From the IMG/VR virus record IMGVR_UViG_3300021256_000006, positions 35,954 through 99,953 of that record: DNA of 64,000 nucleotides; one strand, 5' to 3'. This document shows, piece after piece, positions 60,892 to 64,000 of the stretch. Below the pieces are notes generated by a model that did no database searches, was not told the DNA's origin, and saw only the letters and a program-made list of their open reading frames with translations. How positions within the stretch are numbered: position 1 is the stretch's first letter; every line of letters starts with the position of its first letter. The stretch is from a virus. The position numbers and the translations under genes are program-made.

Positions 60892-61464
60892 TCAATTATC
60901 CAAGTTCTTATCAGGCCACCAAAACAACGCTGCATTCTCAGCCCTGCTGAACATCCACGGAGCGATACCTTTGATAACCTCATCGTAGTATGCCCACGCC
61001 ACAGGCAACTGCTTACGTCCCTCGCTATCGTGAAACTCACACGAGGCAGGCTGCACGCCGGCTGAGAAGAACCGCACGGGTCCAAACACGTACTGACCTT
61101 CTTTCAGGTCTTTTCTCGTAAATGCCATCAGCACGCGCCGCTTTCCAGGACTCTCCGTGGCAGGCTGCCATGTGAATGTGGTCGGCTTCAAGTCGGGATA
61201 CTTGTTCTCTACCATCGTAAAAGGCCTCTCCAGCCCGTGTTTTTTATCCCACGCCTTCAGTCGCGGACATGACACGTTTGGGGTGCATCCTAACAGCACG
61301 CCACCGTAAATGTAGCACTTATAGCCTTTCTCGCAGAGCGTACCCAGCTTGTTGGACTTGCACTTCTTGCGGAACTTGAGGCGCTCCTTGGGCTCTAATA
61401 TCCACCTATGTCCGTACTGGTTCTTCTTTAGAACCTTAAACTCTATTTGTTTCTTTTCTGCCAT
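60892..61464 (-). CDS. hypothetical protein, paralogue B of 54657..55238
   Basis: 190 aa, near-identical to paralogue A over its whole length. Confidence 0.7.
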   Translation of the reverse strand: MAEKKQIEFKVLKKNQYGHRWILEPKERLKFRKKCKSNKLGTLCEKGYKCYIYGGVLLGCTPNVSCPRLKAWDKKHGLERPFTMVENKYPDLKPTTFTWQPATESPGKRRVLMAFTRKDLKEGQYVFGPVRFFSAGVQPASCEFHDSEGRKQLPVAWAYYDEVIKGIAPWMFSRAENAALFWWPDKNLDN

Positions 61465-61551
61465 AATTCGTTTGTTTTTTAACTGTCAAATGTCAAATAA
61501 ATGTCTAATGTCAAATGCTAATTATGAATTTTGAATTATGAATTAAACCAT

Positions 61552-61600
61552 TCCTCATTCCTAATTCCTAACTGTCAATTGTCAATTATCAACTGTCAAT
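61552..61600. repeat. heptamer microsatellites: (TCCTMAY)x3 then (TRTCAAY)x4
   Basis: Same two 7-mer families, in the opposite order to the other arrays. Confidence 0.85.
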
Positions 61601-61949
61601 TATCCAAGTACTTGTTCATTGCTACCGTCTGCCCTTTCGATTCTTCGGGGTTTTCATCATATATCTTGTAGCCGCGTCGCTCGTACAAAGGTATGAGGAA
61701 CGTGCCTTTTCGGGCGCACAGATATGCTTGCTTGCACCCTGCTTTCTTCGCCTTTTCCTCGGCAAAGGTCAGCATTGCATTGGCTATGCCCTGCTGCCTT
61801 ACCGATTCATGCACCATGAGCGACTGGATGTACGCAGCGTCGGGGTGGTCAGCATCAATGCTCACCTCTATTATGGCTTTGCCGTTGTCAGTGATGAGCG
61901 TGTAACTCTTGCCCCACCACCATAGGTTTTCGTGAGTTATTATTTTCAT
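61596..61949 (-). CDS. GNAT-family N-acetyltransferase (paralogue 2)
   Basis: 'LMVHESVRQQGIANAMLTFAEEKAKKAG'. Both termini are identical to paralogue 1 ('MKIITHEN', 'ENPEESKGQTVAMNKYLDN'). Confidence 0.75.
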   Translation of the reverse strand: MKIITHENLWWWGKSYTLITDNGKAIIEVSIDADHPDAAYIQSLMVHESVRQQGIANAMLTFAEEKAKKAGCKQAYLCARKGTFLIPLYERRGYKIYDENPEESKGQTVAMNKYLDN

Positions 61950-61975
61950 GGTCCCTTTAATTTATAAATCCGTGT

Positions 61976-62659
61976 TCAGAACGGCTCTGGCTCTGCGTAT
62001 GACCGCAGTAGTGTTTTTGTATTGCCAATGAATTTCAGCATGGCAGTGGCGTAGAAGTCCCTCATGCGATGTGTGGCACCGTTTGAACATTCCAACATGG
62101 CTGACACGGCATCAAGGCAAGCCACAGACTTGCGTAGATAGTCCTCTATGTCTTCCGCTTGCTTGCAATTCTTCTGCTGCTCGGCACTCAACTTCTGCTC
62201 CAGTTCACGCATCTTGCCGTTCAATGCGCTCACCTCACGGAAGTATTCGTTCTGAGTGACGGTCTTTGTCTGTGGCTCAGATTCGGGTACGTTGTCAGGT
62301 GGTGTGTTTGGTGCCGTTGAACGCTCCACCAGTTCTGCTTGATACTCCGGCAATATCAAGCAGATGCCATCCTCGGCTTCCACGATGTACACATGGTTTC
62401 CGTCATAAAATCTAAATACCACACGCAGATTGTCGTGGTACTGCTTGCCCGTGTCAACCGGTGACAATAGATAGGTGTCTGGGTCGTTCACCTTCAAGAT
62501 GTCGCCAATGTTGTACTTGAAGTTGTCGGGTGCCACCTTCCCCTCTTGTGGTCCGGATTGCACGTCCTCCATGTTTCGATACTCTTGCTTTGGTGCTGAA
62601 GGCAGACATATTTCCTCGCGCACGTCGTCTTCCATTTTAATGTGCGTTGAATTGCTCAT
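61976..62659 (-). CDS. hypothetical protein
   Basis: 227-aa ORF with a coiled-coil C-terminal half. Confidence 0.55.
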   Translation of the reverse strand: MSNSTHIKMEDDVREEICLPSAPKQEYRNMEDVQSGPQEGKVAPDNFKYNIGDILKVNDPDTYLLSPVDTGKQYHDNLRVVFRFYDGNHVYIVEAEDGICLILPEYQAELVERSTAPNTPPDNVPESEPQTKTVTQNEYFREVSALNGKMRELEQKLSAEQQKNCKQAEDIEDYLRKSVACLDAVSAMLECSNGATHRMRDFYATAMLKFIGNTKTLLRSYAEPEPF

Positions 62660-62686
62660 AGTTCCTCTAATTTATTCAATTCGTGT

Positions 62687-63559
62687 TCAGAAGTCAAACA
62701 TATTCCAATCCTTGCCGACTGCATTAGGCTGGTCGAGTATTTCGTCAACTGCTGCTGGAGCGTAAACGGTGCCGAGTAAATCACGCACAGACTGTTTCCA
62801 ATAGACGGTAGCCTTGCCGTTAGTTATTGTCAGCACGTCGGTAATGAATCCCATGCACTCTATAACGTCAAACTTCTTGCGGCATACCCGTGTATTCTCC
62901 GTAAGTAGCCCGATTTTGAAGTGCTTGCAACCTACGTCAACGGCTTTCGCTATCATGGTAAGTGACGATTTGAAATCAATCACAGGCTCAATGCTTGCCC
63001 ATGTCTTGAAACCATCACGGCTGACAATATCCATGTCGCGCAGACGTGCTCCGTTGGTTGGCGCGTTTGGTTCCAGCTCGTCATGCCCTGTAAGTGTCCA
63101 TCCGAATGCCGTAAGCCTCTTGCGGTCTTTCATGTCTAAGTCATAGTTAGGATAATGCGGATTGCCAGCTATACACTTATAGCGGAAGGTGTTCCAGATG
63201 TTGACCGACTTAGTTAGGATGGTCACTGGTATGCCTCTCGCTGCGGCGAAAGCAATATATCCCCAAAACAGCGGACGGTTCTGCTCACACATCGGGTCAG
63301 TGACAAACGACATGAATAACCCTCCGTCTCGGATGATTTCATCTTTGTGCTCGATAATCTCAACCGCAAACAAGTGGAAGGCATGGTCTTTGTTCACGAT
63401 TCCCTTTTTGAATGTCGGCTCATTACCTCCGAGCGCGTTCTTCCATACGCCCTTCTTCAGATAGCAGTATTCGCAGCCATGAGGACACCCCACAACGGGA
63501 TTGACACTCCAGCGGCCATACTCTTCTGCATTTCCTTTTGGCTTTGATAAAATCTTCAT
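62687..63559 (-). CDS. radical SAM protein (SplB / DNA-photolyase-like, COG1533-like)
   Basis: 'VNPVVGCPHGCEYCYLKKG' carries the CxxxCxxC cluster in the context recalled for SplB-like radical SAM enzymes. Confidence 0.65.
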   Translation of the reverse strand: MKILSKPKGNAEEYGRWSVNPVVGCPHGCEYCYLKKGVWKNALGGNEPTFKKGIVNKDHAFHLFAVEIIEHKDEIIRDGGLFMSFVTDPMCEQNRPLFWGYIAFAAARGIPVTILTKSVNIWNTFRYKCIAGNPHYPNYDLDMKDRKRLTAFGWTLTGHDELEPNAPTNGARLRDMDIVSRDGFKTWASIEPVIDFKSSLTMIAKAVDVGCKHFKIGLLTENTRVCRKKFDVIECMGFITDVLTITNGKATVYWKQSVRDLLGTVYAPAAVDEILDQPNAVGKDWNMFDF

Positions 63560-63618
63560 TGTTCCTTAATTCTCCAATTCTCTAATTCTTGACAACATTG
63601 TGAAGAGTAAATAATTTG

Positions 63619-64000
63619 CTACCGCCAAAGCACGACAATAATCATCAGCACGGCCAACGCCCAGCCGACAATCGTCCAGATGATGAACTTGTTGACCATC
63701 TGCTGCTGTTTGTTCTTTAGCCGCTCGATTTCGTTCAGGTTCAGCATGTGTTCGCCGAAGTAGTAATAGAAAGCATCTTCAACGATACTCTTTACATGCT
63801 TTGCAATCCGCTTGCGGTCTTTCTCCGGCACTTTGAAGAATGTCTCCTCGTAGTCGCCAGATGACGAAATACTCCACTCCCGACAGTCGCATTGAAACTC
63901 GTGGCGGTCGCTCTCCACTTCTCCGTAGCTTTTTCGATATAGGTTGCATGAGAAGTCAATCTTCACCACGCCCTCCTTCTCGTAAATCTCACGGGCACGT
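63619..64000 (-). CDS. hypothetical membrane-anchored protein (5' end outside window)
   Basis: The frame stays open to the window edge. C-terminal TM helix 'IIWTIVGWALAVLMIIVVLW'. Confidence 0.5.
   Translation of the reverse strand, partial: RAREIYEKEGVVKIDFSCNLYRKSYGEVESDRHEFQCDCREWSISSSGDYEETFFKVPEKDRKRIAKHVKSIVEDAFYYYFGEHMLNLNEIERLKNKQQQMVNKFIIWTIVGWALAVLMIIVVLWR

Overview
The window reads as a contiguous piece of a large tailed-phage genome, or a phage-plasmid, from a Bacteroidota host. Host evidence: several TTTG-N20-TAnnTTTG or TAnnTTTG promoter boxes, a DUF4494-like protein, and genes packed on both strands.

Gene modules, left to right:
- 1-10.7 kb (+): a split-up 'polyvalent protein'-like counter-defence module with a PcfJ-like protein, a stand-alone MutS domain I protein, and a fused N6-adenine methyltransferase / SNF2-like helicase.
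- 11-15 kb: small unknown genes plus an XRE regulator.
- 15.1-29.2 kb (-): an HTH regulator, a 2246-aa tape measure protein, the large terminase and small morphogenesis-like genes.
- 29.3-43.1 kb (+): large virion, tail and fibre proteins, ending in the target gene of a diversity-generating retroelement (DGR).
- 43.3-45.0 kb: the DGR template repeat and reverse transcriptase.
- 45.4-47.2 kb: a lysis cassette (holin, M15 endolysin, lipoprotein spanin).
- 47.4-51.1 kb: small Cys-rich and membrane proteins.
- 51.6-52.8 kb: a ParA partition module.
- 53-64 kb (-): an accessory block with a PAPS-reductase-like PP-loop enzyme, an MmcB-like nuclease, two GNAT paralogues, an ASCH protein, a DUF4494-like protein and a radical-SAM SplB-like protein.

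Most notable observations:
1. A solitary, perfectly conserved Cas12a-type crRNA repeat handle (AATTTCTACTATTGTAGAT) lies on the minus strand with its own promoter box and terminator. It is divergent from a small-ORF + HTH pair with acr-aca architecture.
2. The DGR is complete: 24 TR-to-VR differences, all at TR adenines.
3. About 20 copies of a covarying hairpin element all lie on the + strand, whichever way the flanking genes run. They are embedded in pyrimidine-rich tracts and heptamer or hexamer microsatellites.
4. One such intergenic cassette is embedded in frame inside the methyltransferase-helicase ORF.

I did not recognise an integrase, major capsid protein, portal protein, rRNA or tRNA. 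All functional calls rest on motif recognition from memory and need database confirmation.
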